A stretch of DNA of 54,502 bases, counting the filler, from Catajapyx aquilonaris (taxonomy: Eukaryota): the NCBI GenBank assembly GCA_000934665.2. It is 3 parts of 3 records of this genome, joined end to end, with 100 filler letters (N's around TTAATTAATTAA, not from the genome) between each part and the next. Parts side by side here need not be neighbours in the genome. Positions count along the whole stretch, not along the records: positions 36,399 to 54,502 come from JYFJ02006778.1; 2 more parts are not named here. One strand, given 5' to 3'. Of this stretch, positions 36,299-50,566 are shown piece by piece. The number at the start of each line of letters is the position of its first letter. Within the stretch, counting starts at the first letter, position 1. The position numbers and the translations under genes are program-made. Below the pieces are notes generated by a model. That model did no database searches, had not been told where the DNA came from, and worked only from the letters and a program-made list of their open reading frames with translations.

Positions 36299-36398
36299 NN
36301 NNNNNNNNNNNNNNNNNNNNNNNNNNNNNNNNNNNNNNNNNNTTAATTAATTAANNNNNNNNNNNNNNNNNNNNNNNNNNNNNNNNNNNNNNNNNNNN
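36299..36398. other. Artificial contig-joining spacer 2
   Basis: Identical 44N-TTAATTAATTAA-44N layout. Confidence 0.95.
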
Positions 36399-36724
36399 TA
36401 CTTCCATGTGTTTGATTTTTTGAGCGGAACCCGACGGAATTTCCGTCCTTCCGTCGAGCACCAGCCGAAGACACGACGGAAAAAATCGGCCGCCGATTCG
36501 GTCGGGGACAATAATCCCATTGCAATACATTGATTCCGCCTGGGAAAGGCCACACTACCGACGGAAAAAGGGGCTTTTCTGGCATGGAAACTAGGGGATT
36601 GGTAGCTGAAAGGGCAGCAAGGTGGCAGCACGGTCGACGGAAATTCGGCGTGTAAAAAATTTGCAAAATCATTCAACTAGACGGAATTTCCGTGACGGAA
36701 ATTCCGTCTAGTGTGACCGGGGCC
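36399..36724. mobile_element. Right end of a PIF/Harbinger-type MITE (left end cut by the contig start)
   Basis: Ends ...CTAGTGTGACCGGGGCC|TTA (GGCC terminus, TWA target); repeated GACGGAA motifs; 37-bp palindrome at 36676-36712. Confidence 0.65.
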
Positions 36725-37441
36725 TTACTGTGAGTTGATACAACCGTCCTAAATCTCTCAGACTCTTCCTGAGACCTGCAGGTGTAGCCAATGCCGGGAG
36801 TAGTTCACCTATACACCCGGAATATAATATACATATTTTTGTTTTAACAACCTGTGATATATGTGAATCTTTAAAAACATTGCCGCAAGGCAAGGGTTTT
36901 TTCCCTCCATGTATACTGTATTTTGTTGTTGTTGTTGTTTTACGTTTGTCTTGAGAGGATGCGACATACTGGGCGGTTTTGTTGTACCCCTTCTCTTTTT
37001 TTTTCATCCTGCATGCCAGCTTGCGAGCACGGTAACTTGCTCGGGTGGAAACACGCCGTTTGGCTGGAACTCCGTGAAGGAAGAGATGTTACGTGAACAC
37101 TTGATGACCACAGGTTTAAGTTAAATGGGCGCATCCACACTCGAGTGCAGCCTTCACCAACGAGACATGTATACGGCACTGCAACTGTGTATTTGCTTAA
37201 AGACGCTATAACAACCTGGATTAGTTCCATGTAGGCTACGTGATGGAATTGCTATCTATACGAGGGACATTCAGAAATATGTATCGGGCGAATATTGATG
37301 CATAGGCCTACGAACATTTTAAATTTAGAGGGAAGTAGAATTAAACATGCGCGAAATGGCAAGTGACTGAAAGTGTAGCCGGTGTAAGGGTAATCGAGGA
37401 AGTCAGTGTAGCATGATGTGAAACCAGTGTACACACATATA

Positions 37442-37870
37442 CAGGGTGTATCTGAACTCAGTGCCCCGACGTATATGACTGCCTTCCTAGCCACCAGAGG
37501 ATCGATTTAAGTATAGGAGTCATTATGTTTGGCCGCCGCATTACGGAGATAATTGGCCGCAAACATGTAGTAGCCTACAAAATATCCTGTCGGTTAGGCC
37601 ACCCATCGAACCCTCCCCCAGTCAGAAGGCTCTGGAAGGTCTGGGGGCGGGACTTTGTTGGTTTGTTGCCCACAGGTGGTAAGGCCTCTTTGGCTAGTTA
37701 CACCAGAAAATTCTATTTAAAAGTCAGAAGGAGCGATTAGGCAAAAATCTCTAAAGAGTGTATCTCAGTAATGAGGCTGCCCAGACATATGACTCCTATA
37801 CTTAAATCGATCCTCTGGTGGCTAGCAAGGCAGTCATATACGTCGGGGCCCTGAGTTCAGATACACCCTG
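37442..37870. mobile_element. Tc1/mariner-type MITE (429 bp, ~110-bp TIRs, TA target duplication)
   Basis: TA|CAGGGTGTATCTGAACTCAG...CTGAGTTCAGATACACCCTG|TA. Confidence 0.92.
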
Positions 37871-39954
37871 TATAACGATATCCAGGGAAAAGGGGAGTAT
37901 TGGAAGCCTTTTATTCATATGTCGAAAAAAAGAAATAAGCTTTCAGAGTAGTATCAGGATTGTTCAGTGGATGGCTGACAAAGAATCGCATTCAGTGATG
38001 GTAGTCTGGGAAACATGGGAGATTGCATTGGTTTCATATCAATGATTTCTTGCAGGAAGACGTTCTCAGACCGATACTTCCATCACAGTGATAGTCATCC
38101 CTCTGATATTGCGAAGGCTATTCATGCTGGCTTGTAACTATATGCACTTGCCTCTGAAGCAAATATTAAGGCGGACAAAGGTTCATTCATATTTTTTTTC
38201 TGCGAAATGCACCGCTGCCAAGTAGCAGAGAATCTGGTGGCATTTTCCTAGCAGTATATGCTCAAGATCTTGTATCACTGTGTTGAGGTACGGATGCTCG
38301 CCTAGAGGATACGTCTCCGCGGGAGCTGTGTTATCCACTTATCCTCACATCCCCGTGTCTCGCCCAGAATTCCCAACAAGGAACAATTGCAACACATGTT
38401 CTGCAGGGAAACTTAAAGAATACATGTGCTAGCAAAGAGGAATTAAATTCAGCCAAAAACTAGACCACAGATGTAAACAGAGGAAGTAGCCTCCATGCAA
38501 ATGAAACTGTTTGCCTAAAAAGAAGAGAAATAAAGCAGCTGGCAGCAGCAGTATTAAAATTCACAAAAGCTAAACTCTATATTTTACTATATGGGTTATT
38601 CCTTTTCGTTATCTGTATATTGGCTGCTATAATGCATTTCCCGTATTTGTTAGCAATGTTGCCACTATACGTGCAAGGCCAGTAAACAACCACTGAAAGT
38701 GTATTATTTATCTCTATCACCAAGAGGGTAATGCAGGGGGTAATCGACTCGACTTATTCATTCAGATCCTGTGTGAATTTACGCGACTTAGTTGATTTTA
38801 CCTTCTGTATCAACCACTTGCATTGGAGTAACTGGGCCTAACAATTAGCTCTATTCAGTCTTATTCTACACCACACTACATTAACTTGCATTAACTTCAC
38901 TAGGATGCATATTTATCATTGGATTTGGATAAATCAAGTAACTTATATCTGAGCGAAGTGCGCGGAATTTATGGCAATCCTATTTTGAGTTTCGGTATCA
39001 ACCTGGACAGGAAAGAGGAAACGCCGCGTATGACTGCTGGGAAGAAATGAGAGACCTTTGTTCCGGCAATATTTTCCCCAAAAGGAAGAACACATTGGGA
39101 CAAGTTGAAAGTGCAATAGGGCAGATAGAGAGTCGGGATGGTGTGTGATCTTCCCTGGAGCGTCCTGAGATATGGATATTCAGAAGTCGAGGAGCCGCCG
39201 CGCCGTTTTCTGCCTTGTTGCTGCCTTAATCAAATTTCTAAATGGCGAACAGCGATGAGAAGAAGGCTCCGTCTGTTCCAGGCCCTCATTTGTATAGTTT
39301 GTTGAATCAGATATAGGCCTATGCTTCTTCTTCCCTTCAACTATATACTCCGCACTTGATAAAGACTTTATGAGACTTGGGGCAAATTTTCAAAGTGCTG
39401 AAACATTGCGATGTCAAGCGGTTAAGTTAATGGTTCCATTGTGCCCGCTTTATTTTATTTTTAATTTGAGGGAGCTAGTGAATAGCAAGGAAGTATGTTA
39501 GGTTCCTTATCCGTTGGGATTCCTCCAGGGACTCATCCATGTACGCGGAAGAAAAACTGCCTCTGCTTTAGTGGAGGAAGTCTCGAATAAAACACGTTGG
39601 GGCCACAATGCCTCTTAATCTGCCGGCCCGATTCCTATATAGGCACAAGCCAAACAAAAGAACGGCATCGCTTCTCGCTTACCTCCAGGGAAATATGGTT
39701 CGGTAATTTCTCCCGCCTTGTCGCCACTTCTATGCATGCGCCGCACTTTTCTGCCGCACTTGTTGGACCTTCTCTTTATACGGAGCAGTAATTACAGGTT
39801 TCTGAGAAGAGATAAGCATCGTGGTTTGAATTATTGGGCATATATGTTTCCTGTTCAGAATATAGGCTTCGTCCCAGCCTTATAAGCTACACAGAGGTTC
39901 CAGTATAATTTAAAATCCGGTTATAAAATCAATTTTTTAATATATTTTTTAATT

Positions 39955-40299
39955 ATATTTTTTTACTTATTGTACCCCGTGATGACACTTACGGATTATA
40001 TAGTGGGGTGGTACACCACCATTTTTCCTCAATTTTCTAAGTTAACTTCACTCCGGTGCAGGGAATCAAGGAGATTGGGTAAGGATAGGGATTTTCGGGG
40101 AGGGGACACGGGTGCAGGTGCAATGTCTCAAGTTTGGGCCATGTGCAGTCCCCCGGGAGGTTAGGTTGCCAGACATATCCTAGGTGCGGGTCAGTGACCC
40201 TCCCGACGCAGGTGAAAGGGAACTCCCAGGCGGGGATCGAACCTGGGACCCTTCACTCAGCAAGCCGAGACGTTACCATCTCGGCCACCACACCTCCCC
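39955..40299 (-). mobile_element. tRNA-derived SINE (~345 bp)
   Basis: Minus strand: A box TGGCCGAGATGG, B box GGTTCGATCCC, non-tRNA body, A-rich tail. Confidence 0.8.
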
Positions 40300-41703
40300 T
40301 TTTAAATTAATATTACTCAGAGCAATGACGACGATTACGTGGATAAATTCTCTACAGGCCTATTTTCACTTGTAGCCAATTTATTCTGCGTATATTACGG
40401 TATGCATTGTAAGTGATCAACTCCTGGTCTTACAACCCTTAGATGAAATACTCTGCTGCGGTACCATGCGGTTTTTATTCCATTATTCGGTTGGGCGACG
40501 CTATGCGTCATATTAGGCGAATGTTCCTCACCGCAAGGCTCTTCAGATATACCTTTGCTCATATTGGACCATGATCATCTCCATTTCGTGGTTTTGTTGC
40601 ATTCCAGAACTGGATGGACTGTTCTGACTCGTTACAATCTGCTTCATGGCATGTACCTCGAAAATGACACAAATGACCCCGGTTATAAAGAAAAGTACTT
40701 TTGAAACGTTATATACAGATAAAGATAACGTATTTTTCGAACTACCGTGTGTGTACTGTACTTGACTTCCAGTTAGTAGAGCGACATATAAACTTGAAGG
40801 TGGATGCGAAGCAGATGAATTCCCTAAGAATTCCATGATGGTCATTTCGCAGTGTAGGTAGATGCAGAGGCATTTCTTTATTCCCGTTTAAAATCATAAA
40901 GTGATGCCTAGAGGGGAAAAAATCGACCTCGTCATTAATTTTGTGCCTGGAGTTTTATTCCGGGCTTACTCCCAATTTTTGATGTGTTTGTGTGTGTGGG
41001 AAAGAGATGTCGGTTCGTTTCGTATGCAAAACGCCTGGGAAAAAGACGTAGTGTGCATGCCGAGCAAGGCTTAATTTGGCCAAGCCTGTCTGCGGTTTTG
41101 GTATGCACTGCTATAAGGTTATAGTGAAAGCAGTATCAGCGGTTTGCGCGGGTCTTTTCCACATTTTATTTTTGTTTTCATTGTTGTTGTTTTTAGGGAC
41201 CAGTGGCCTCGAGTATTTTTGGGATTCCAGTGAAATAAATAGTTTGATACCTGATTTGTGGGATGCCAGTCACTAATTTGTCTCCAAAATATTGGACATG
41301 CAGGCCTATCCTGAGGCAAATTGTTGTCAACTATTTTCTTGGTGATCGACTGTGCGCGCACGGAACAATGCCGGTGTAATGAAAACATGGGGGTAAAAGT
41401 TTCGGTGTGAAATTAAGCGCATGCATTAATGGGGGTTGGGGGATAGGAGGAAATAAATGTGATGGGCATAGGTGTCGGCAGGGCGGAAAATGAAGGAAGT
41501 TTTTGGTGGCAGTGGGGCGAAAAAGAGGCAATTTAAGCGTGGGAGTTGGTCAGAAGGAGCAATTCTTCCTCTTCTCTTCCTCACTTTATTTCTCCACTTT
41601 CCTTTTTGCTACTCCCTTATCGAGCACATAGCAGTGCGGCCTGTTGCTCTCTAATCAGCCTGTGGATGCTTGCTTGGATGTAGTCGAGACAAGAAAATCG
41701 ATC

Positions 41704-41750
41704 CCTTCCTTCCTTCCTTCCTTCCTTCCTTCCTTCCTTCCTTCCTTCCT
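41704..41750 (+). repeat. (CCTT)n microsatellite
   Basis: Direct observation. Confidence 0.95.
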
Positions 41751-44700
41751 GCAAAACTAGGCTTCCGGGCCCAAGAGAACTTTCTTCTCTCACTACGGAA
41801 TGTGGGATCTAGTATGAGAGCGTATGTGAGTGTGTGCGAGCCATAGAAAGTCGGGAGCCGAGGAAGAGGAGCCAGGGCCATTTCGATATATCGATCTCCC
41901 AACCAGTGTCAGTAGAAGGGGTGGGGGTGGGAGGGAGTTGGGTGGGTGGTATAGGGGAGGGTGGGGGGTTCTACACCATGTCTGAGGCACGTGGATCTTT
42001 TCTCAATGGCTCTAAAGTCCTGTCCCACTTGCCTTGCTGCACACTAAGAAACAAGGGGAAGACTGCTCTTTTTAGCACTAACGCAGTAATCAATGGCCAA
42101 GTTGCTGGAGTCCCGTCTATACGACCAGCTTCCAATCTGAAGCCGGTGAGGCTATGTTTTAGTGTTCTAGGATTGAATGAGGAGGGATTGCCAATTTATT
42201 GGTTATGGTGTGCTTTGCAGAGTAAGAATCAGGAGGCGTTTCCAATGCTGGTGTAACAAGAGTATTATAGACTACGATGCGGACATCGCATGTCTTGGCT
42301 TGGTCCGATTGTATTAACTGAAATTAAGAGGAAATCTCGGATTATACAGTGCGAATACATCATCTGAGATATTCCTGTAATTAGAGGTGAAGCAACCGGG
42401 CCTGAAAGTCGTTATGGCTGTACCCACATCTAGTAGCTTAAAACATGAGCAGTTAAAGGAAATCTGATGCCTGCTGCACCAATTTAGCGCCTGCGAAAGG
42501 GTCCATATTCCGCCTCCATCCCCAACGTGAATGTCGGTCCCGCTTTGAATTTTTACTGCATACATTACATTGAAAAGCAATACCTATTTGGCCGGTTCTT
42601 ATGCATGTAAAAACCATGCATAATGTTTATTAATTCGTGTAGGTGATCAAATCGAAAATATTCCTGAGGAGAATGCCATTCGCCCTATTTTTGGGTGGGA
42701 TATAGCCTACGTTGCGAGTCTTGTCATTGAATCGTTATTAGCATATCGGAAAAGGTTTCAAGATCCATGGATAATGCGTGGTATTCAGTTTTATGTCACA
42801 TGGCAAAGGAGCACATTGTGACAACTATGTAGGCCCGACGTAATTAAATTTTATGTTGTCGTACGCGAGGTACATTGTGTGGGAGAAATCGTCAATTCGG
42901 TACACCCAGGTGAAAAGAGCACTTTTTTAACTGCCTCGTTATAACGACTCGTGTGTCCCTCAGAGTTGATTATGGTGTGCGCCAGGGAATCAACGTGACA
43001 GTAATAAATGTAGGACGCAGAATTTCAGGTGGGACGTGCGGAAAATTAAGCACGTTAATTAATTTCCGCCGGTTCTTTTTTTGTCTGGAGTAAATCGCCC
43101 GAGAGTTTGTATTTGCCAAATGTGGTGGATATACCAGGGGGTTCCCCCCCCCCCCTCACCTCCCCTCCCCAGTTAAAGTGATGCTATTTCCAGAACGAGA
43201 GATCAATTTGGAGGCGGGCGTTTTGGAGAATTTTTTTTATTTGCTTGATCTCACTTGCGCGCGAGTGGCTCGTTACCGCTCATTGCACTTAGGATCAGAT
43301 GCTAACGCGTTTCTTATGCCATGGCCGATCGATGGCTGGGGAGGCATCACATTTAGACTGTTGAGTTTAGTGTTCATAAACTCAGTGATGTAGACCAGAC
43401 CGATATGTCAATAAGTCACCGGAAAGTGAAGGTAAACAATGCGTGAGATGAGTGCTAATGGCGACGGCAGCTCTAGGCTGCAGTGGGATAAAGTAATGAT
43501 TGTGAGACCTATTTAGTTACGGGTGTTATTGTTGCAGTGTACTGTACATTAGAAGGCATTACGACGCATGCATTTGCAAACTTGGAAGGAAATGATGACA
43601 GGGAATATTAATCTGCAGGTGGGTGGGAGGCAGGGCGAGATGTGGGTGGTATCATGCAGGGTACAAGCTCACACTGCACATTAGCCACATTCACAAGTAG
43701 GTTTAGGATGACAAATGGCTGGTGTCAGGTGATGCCAAGTTTTCTGCGTAGTTAAAGGTGTTAGAGCAAATGACATTATAGCAGACTATACCTGTTGACC
43801 CGTATATTCCGGTATATAGGGACGGCTGAGAATGAGGAAGGGTCAGATCTTGAGACGACGTTTTATGGACGACATTTTTTTTGCTGATGCAGCAGCGTCT
43901 GGCAATACGAATGAACTTCACGAATTGGCGTAGGAAAGTGTCGTGTCGCTTCAGAGGTACCCATACTACTGATTATTATATGTGCAGTATAAGGGCAGAC
44001 TGTACTGGTGTCCAAAGAAGAGAAGGGCACTGATATTTATGTTTTTGTAGCCTTCTGATTATGAATGTTAGTCTCTTTATTCCTGAAAGCTCTTGCAATG
44101 TTAATTTTGAAGGTTGATCAAGGACTGTGAATGGGGAACCTCTATACTCATATATTTCATTCCAATGCAACATTAGAAGTACTGTACAGTACGGAGCATT
44201 TCTTGTGGTAATTACTTAAATTATGACTATTTATTTTTCAATACCCTTCCAATCCGCTTCCTGACAGACACTGCGCAGCATTCCTGATGGTTAAACTCAG
44301 GAAAACCGATAACGAGTGAGTCAGAAACTCAATATTTGGTTGGTGTAAAATGCAAGTTTCGAGATGTGCAGGAGAGATTTGAGCCAACATTCGTGATCGG
44401 AGAAATCAGATGTAGCCTGCATTAGCCAGCGGGAAAGGAAAAGGGACGTGTAGTGTGTGTGTAATCCTGTTCCTTAAGGCCGGAGTAATACATGAGCGCG
44501 TTTAATATTCGCCTCAACCGCGCGAATATCATTCTGGCGAGGTGCAAATCTTCTCCTCGGTATCGAAATTCTCTCCGCCAGGTGAATAAATCCCTGTTTT
44601 CGCACGTATTTACATCCGAAGGAAATGGGAGAACCGCGGTGCTTTATTAGCGCTCTGCACAAGGGTTGCTGAGCGCCCTGGGTTCTCGTTGTGCTAAAAA

Positions 44701-47700
44701 CCATATTCGCCAAAAGTGCATATTCTCACGCAAGGTGCGAGAGCATGGCGACGTTTACTCAGCAGCAGGCTGCCGGATTTTATTGTTATAAATTGTATTT
44801 GTGGGGGGGAAGTCTGTGAGTAGCCCAAGGGACATGTGCGAGTTTTCCAGAGCAAAGAAGGCTATCTTATCGGGTGGGAAAGCTGGTTTCGGTGGGGTGG
44901 GGGTGAGTTGCAAGAAACCACCCCCCCTCTAACATTCCCCTCAGCCGAAAGAAATTATTAGTGCCATTTCCCGGGCTGCGAGTCCATGTATAAATCCTGT
45001 CTTCCTTCTCCGGTGGGGCAAAGTGGTAGTGCCGTTTCCTTTCAGATCCCCTTGATCCAATGCGATGGCTTGGGAATCTTGTCTCCACTCCTAACCCAGC
45101 AGCCTCCCCACCCCATATCCTCCTGCCTACCTCTACGTCTATCTGGGGCGGACACGGCAGCCAGGTCGGGAATCAGCAAAAGCCGTTTATTCCGTCCGCC
45201 GAAATAGAGTCTTCTCCCTCCAGGCCGCAATGGCCTCTCCCTTGTTGCGATTGAGTTACCGAAACGGGGTGGGGACTCTTGATTTTCAGACAGAGCCTGA
45301 CAGAGGCGGATCATGGCATAGGCGACATAGGTGGGCACTAATCGGTTAGGAAAATCCACAAATTATATGGTGGCTATCCTGGAGGAATGTTCAAGAATAT
45401 GCTCATATATGCGCGTATGTTATGTAATGGGGGCAATGCGGGTTCTCTTTGCTATTCTTGGCGGCTAGAAAGACAACCGCCAATAGGTGGGGGAACAGAA
45501 GTGCAGCGAGGGAGTGTTGGGGGGAGGGGGGGGGGGAGCAGGGAAATNNNNNNNGGGGGGGGGGGGGGAGCAGGGAAATAGTCTGGCGTTGGCGGATCCA
45601 CTTTATAGCCGGCTGGGATGGCTCCTGATGGCTCACGGGAAAGGCCCAGTTGTGGCTTTCCTGCTTTACTCCGCTCTTCCCGAATGCACAGGGATCTAAA
45701 CTTTCCACCCCCTTTTTTCCCCGACAGACACCTATGTCACTGCTCTCAACTTTTTTATAGTCCGCCTTTTGTTTTTTTTATTTATTTTTTTACTATTTGG
45801 GTGGATCGCACTAGCCCCTGCTCCATATGCAAAGTGGTGGGCAGGAGAGGCGTGTAGGTTAGCTACCCTTTCAGGATAAAGGTAGGTAATTTCGCCCTTG
45901 TGGAAGTGGCTTAGGGCTCGGCAATGGAATTTTCTTCGGAACAGGGCGAAGCCTCGCCTTGAGGACCGTATTTTTTCCTCCAAAACTGCGGAAATCCCCA
46001 ACGGGGAAGTGGTTGCGAGTTGTACCGGTAATGTAAAAGAAAGGAAGACAACAATAATTAATGAGCTTCCAAGCCTATTATCGGGAAGTCATGAAGTAAA
46101 GGGGAGCTTGGGAATTGGCTGCTCCCACTTTTTTGAAGAAAAAAAAAAATAGATACCAGGCCTCTATTGGATTGGGCAACTACAGTATTAAATTTGCACG
46201 GATTTATCGCCACTTTTAGCAGTGAGATTTTTCTGCTGTACTATTGGGCCACTTTATATACTGGTCTTGAAGCAACCCTTCACACACTTCCTCACCGTGG
46301 GGCCTGTGCGAAGGGTTGCTTCAAGACCAGGATAAAGTGGGCAAAACCATTTGAGCACCACAGTACATTTGAACATTTTAGTTATAACAGTTTATTGCCA
46401 GCAATGCGACTTCTTCAGTTGCTTAGAATTGGATCGTGTCAGTTGGACGATGGACATACATAAGTCTGGAGGCAATGATGAATAGCTGATATGACCGAGG
46501 GTCATCGATGTCGCTGATCCCACTTGAGGTTTCTCCAGGCCCATCCGAAGGAATGCCGGCAGTGTCGTGAATTGAATGGCATTTGGAAGGGACGGCCGGG
46601 GTTTGGGACTCGCATGTGGCCGAGATGTGAGCACTGCAGACCCATCTCCGGAAAAAGGGGGGAGGATAGGACGGAAAAGGAAGGGAGGATTTTTATGCAT
46701 GGTACAGGTATACATATAGTGGCAGGGTTGGTTGGTGGAAGTAAGAGAGAGCAGAGCGTGATCGTAAAACGCATGAATGGCCTTATTCTGTTGAGGCCCA
46801 ATTCCGGCTTCTGAGAGAGAACCCCTAGACTCTTCTTTTTTTTTGTCAACTTTTTTTGTGTGTCTCGCTCACTGCGCTTCTCTTCCTGAGTCGTACTGGA
46901 GTATAACCTACTCCAAGAGGAGGGGTAATGGGGGCTGCAGGTGTAATAACTGCGGCAAGTCTGAGGCGAAAAGACAGACCGGTCCTGTGTGACGTCAGAC
47001 GGTCTGGCCTCCACTTGTGCTGATTTGAGTCCCTTGTTGTGTTCTTTGGCATAGTTTTTTTTATACCAGGGCAGGGTGGTGGGTATAGGGTCGAAAGCAG
47101 TGCGGCTGGTCTGGGTTTTGGCCGGGAGCCCAAGTCTCGGGAGACACCTGGCGCATCGCGTCATAAACATTCATTACGCTGACAGTTGCTAATGTCCGAG
47201 GAGGATTGAGTTTCCAAAGTTTCCTCCACCACCGCCGCTGGATCCAAAAAAAAAAGAAGGAAAAAAACATAGAAAAAAAAAATGGTGGGATGGTGTATTC
47301 GATGGCGCTTAGCGCGCGAATTACCTGTGGGGGCTGCCTTTTTATGGGAATCCATGCGATCATCGATAATTTGGTTATCGATTCCCCGCGAAAACATCGC
47401 CGATGAGATGCACGTCGCGGCATTAATATCAACTTGTAAAATGCCGTTGAAATAACTTTACGAGCCGGCGCCACTTAGCGAGCCGGAAGTTAAATTTGGC
47501 AATTATGAGCAGTTGTTGCCGGTCGGAGGACTTTCTAATGGCTGATATGGGATCGATCCATATGCATTGGGCGATACAGATCAAACGGTGCTTAATTTTT
47601 CAAGCTAGTTATTGATAGCGTTATTATACTGCTCATCCTTGAGCATGCGGAGACCTCGGTATCTTAAATGGAAGGGAAGTGATTAATGTTCCCGTTGGCG

Positions 47701-48074
47701 AACATATTTTATGGGTTCTGAAAGAAATCGATATGATCAGCCCAAGATTTCGGAATTGTTTGCTTTGGGCAAATTTTTTTTTCTCCTCCCCCCTTCTCTC
47801 GGCATCGAAAAGCTGATTGTCTTGGAAGGCAGACGAGGGGGTAAGGGCATCAAGTCTTCAGTGGAAAGTAAAGTCACCCCTACCACCCCCCTTAGGATTA
47901 GGCTTTCTGCACGTGTGCCCAAATTAGGAACAAATGCATAAATCAATTTATCGAATGGGGAAAAAAGGAGGGATATTACGAGGAAATTAAGGTTTACTAC
48001 GGATCAGTCTTTTCATGCGTTTTTTTCCCCTACCCCATGGTTGTTTCTTCAAAATCTTGTTCTTTTCTTTGCAG

Positions 48075-48147
48075 TGGGTTCCAAGAGAGGAGACGCACCA
48101 AAGCAGATCGCATGGCTCTGGAGCCACTGGAGCTCAACCGCCAATAT
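48075..48147 (+). CDS. EHBP1: Probable EHBP1 exon upstream of the CH domain
   Basis: Strong acceptor TCTTTTCTTTGCAG and donor GTAAGT; GFQERRRTKADRMALEPLELNRQY ends in phase 0, matching the next exon. Confidence 0.65.
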
Positions 48148-48801
48148 GTAAGTACATTTCCCGAGTCGTCTAATTAAATTGTCCAAACGAGGGCAGGAGA
48201 AGTGGTCCTCCTGTCCAAAGTTCCCCAACTTGCCGCTTTGGGAAAGGGTAAAAGTCGCCCAGATTTCCTTGTGCTGGTGGTGTTTCAGGTTCTCTGGAGG
48301 CGAATTTTAAGACTCGGGAGCAATTCTGCCGCGGAGGCGGATTAGAATGGTGTCTAAATGGCTAAAGGAAGCGGTTTTTTTTTTGGGGGGGGGGGCGCTT
48401 ATTTAACTCCTTTTTTATGCACTTGAATAGGGTGGTTCGTAAGAGGAATTGTAACTGATGCGTATGAGCTCAAGATGTAGGAAGAATTTTTTTTAAGTGT
48501 CTATATTCGGTTCGAATTTGGTGACATTGAGGGGCTGAATTTAATTCCGAGCATCTGGTGTCGTTGATATATGCGTCTGTTTTTTTTTTTCCGGAGCGTC
48601 GATATATCTACCTTCTGGCAGATTAGCCCCCTCGAGGGTGACACTTGAGTACGTGACAAAGTCAACTCTGGAGAGATATTTGTCATAATGCATGTAACAG
48701 CGTGTCCATCCCATTCCTCTGAAACGGAGGGGCCAGGAGACAAATGTGCTTGAGATATTGGTAACAAATATGGAGTTAAACCCCGGCGAACATTTTTACA
48801 G

Positions 48802-48980
48802 GGTAGTCAGGCCAAAGCGCCCCATTCGGCATCGGGAGTGACACCAGGTCAGGATCTACTGGAATGGTGCAAAGAAGTGACCAAAGGCTACAGGGGTGTC
48901 AATGTGACCAACATGACCACCTCCTGGCGCAACGGCCTGGCCTTTTGTGCCATCATTCATCATTTCCGCCCTGACCTCCT
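48802..48980 (+). CDS. EHBP1: EHBP1 calponin-homology domain, first exon
   Basis: GSQAK...[54 protein letters not shown] boundaries, phase 0 to 2; not in the ORF track. Confidence 0.92.
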
Positions 48981-50566
48981 GTAAGTATTTTGTGGTGTTC
49001 TGTAATATATGTAATACACTGACTACTCTGGCTCGAACTTTGCATGGGGGTCAATATAGGCAAAGTTCTACATGGGTAGTCAATGTACCAGACCTGACCC
49101 AACTTTTGGCAAGTGTTTGTAAATTGCCTGCGGCACTCCCTGACCCCCACTTCGGCCCTTTTCCTTCGGGCAGCCCTTCCCGCCCGATCCTCGGCTCCCA
49201 TTTATCCTGCTGCAAACAAATGAGCGGCTTATCATACGAGGTGGCCATTGGGAGGGGAGAGTGGGAAAGCAGGAGGGGAGAATATTTCATAGTTGGTGGC
49301 GGAAATAAGAGGAGGTCATTTTCATCCGAGCACACTGGTGGACGTGGGTGGGTAGGTGGGGGGGGGGGGGGNGTACAAGGATTTGCATGTGCTCCCTCTT
49401 CACTGATGGTGATTAGCATTTTTGGGAGCAAGTGGATAGGATTCATATGCTTGTCCAGGGATGGAGAGATTTGCAGGAGAGCAGATTGATGGCTTGATTG
49501 GAAAGGTGTTTTTTTTGTTTGTTAATAAGAGGGTGGGATTTTAATCATAGCAGTGATTACATTTGCTTCTTGGGGATGTTTCTAGTTATGATTAGCGTTA
49601 GTGCATTTCCAAGGCTGTTGGATTCCCAGAATTTTATTATGGGTGTAAAATAACATCTCATACCCAGATTACAATATTAAGCAGATGTGGTGAATTATCC
49701 ACTTGTAATGGTGTACAGAAATGTGATCATTAATATTCATGTCGTTGCAGTCTTCTAGTTTTTGGGGCGTTCTTGAACCGCTTACTTTTTGTCACCAGCA
49801 ATGGAGTGGGAAGACATTCTGACAGCTTTTTCAGAAAAGTATGAAATATGACACCCTGTGGCAATTAAAGGGATTTTGATGTCGAGTAGAGCCATTTTCA
49901 TTACTTTTAAAAATTGAGGAATTTAATGCAAAAGTGAGTCATTAAGAGCTGATAGATAGGGTAAGGAACGTCATCTTGGCTTACCACTGGAAATGAATGG
50001 TTTAAACTGTAATACCAAAGGATGGCATTTGTAATTCATCGCAGAAGAAAAATGTGACTACAGTATTTCTAGGAGACACCTTTCGTCTCTAGGGATTGCT
50101 ACCATTGAAATGCACAGTGAATGTCATGTGTGCAAATTCAGTACATGTTAAACCTGGTGCTAGAAGAGGCACGGTATCGATCCTGCCAATAAGCACATTC
50201 ACGCACAGGTATACTAGAACCATACAGAGAGTGCTCACAGGCCCCTGTAATTTATGGCATACTTTGTGTTAATCCCTAGCCCATGGCGACATACATCAAG
50301 GGCCAAAGCCCTACCTGAATGAGACAGTAGAGCCAAATGGCACCTACAAAGCCCCATAAAATTGCCATAAAGTAAGGAATTAGAGTTGGTAAAACGCCTC
50401 CCATTGGAAAAGTCCTGCCCTCATGTTGGAAAACTCCCACGTGTTGCAGCAAGGAAGTTTCCTGTCCAGCCCTGCTTTTTGACTGCATGAATTAACTCCC
50501 GGGACCGGGAGAGTGGGGGAGAGTGTGTGTTTGTGCGACATCAACAGTGTCCACTCTTTTTTGCAG

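Noticed and set aside
40215..40299. tRNA gene (also 54376-54450)
   Set aside because: A/B boxes are present, but there is no convincing cloverleaf and the head continues into a SINE body.
45520..45570. G-quadruplex or duplicated element around the short N gap
   Set aside because: GGGGGAGCAGGGAAAT repeated on both sides of a gap in poly-G is probably an assembly overlap artefact.
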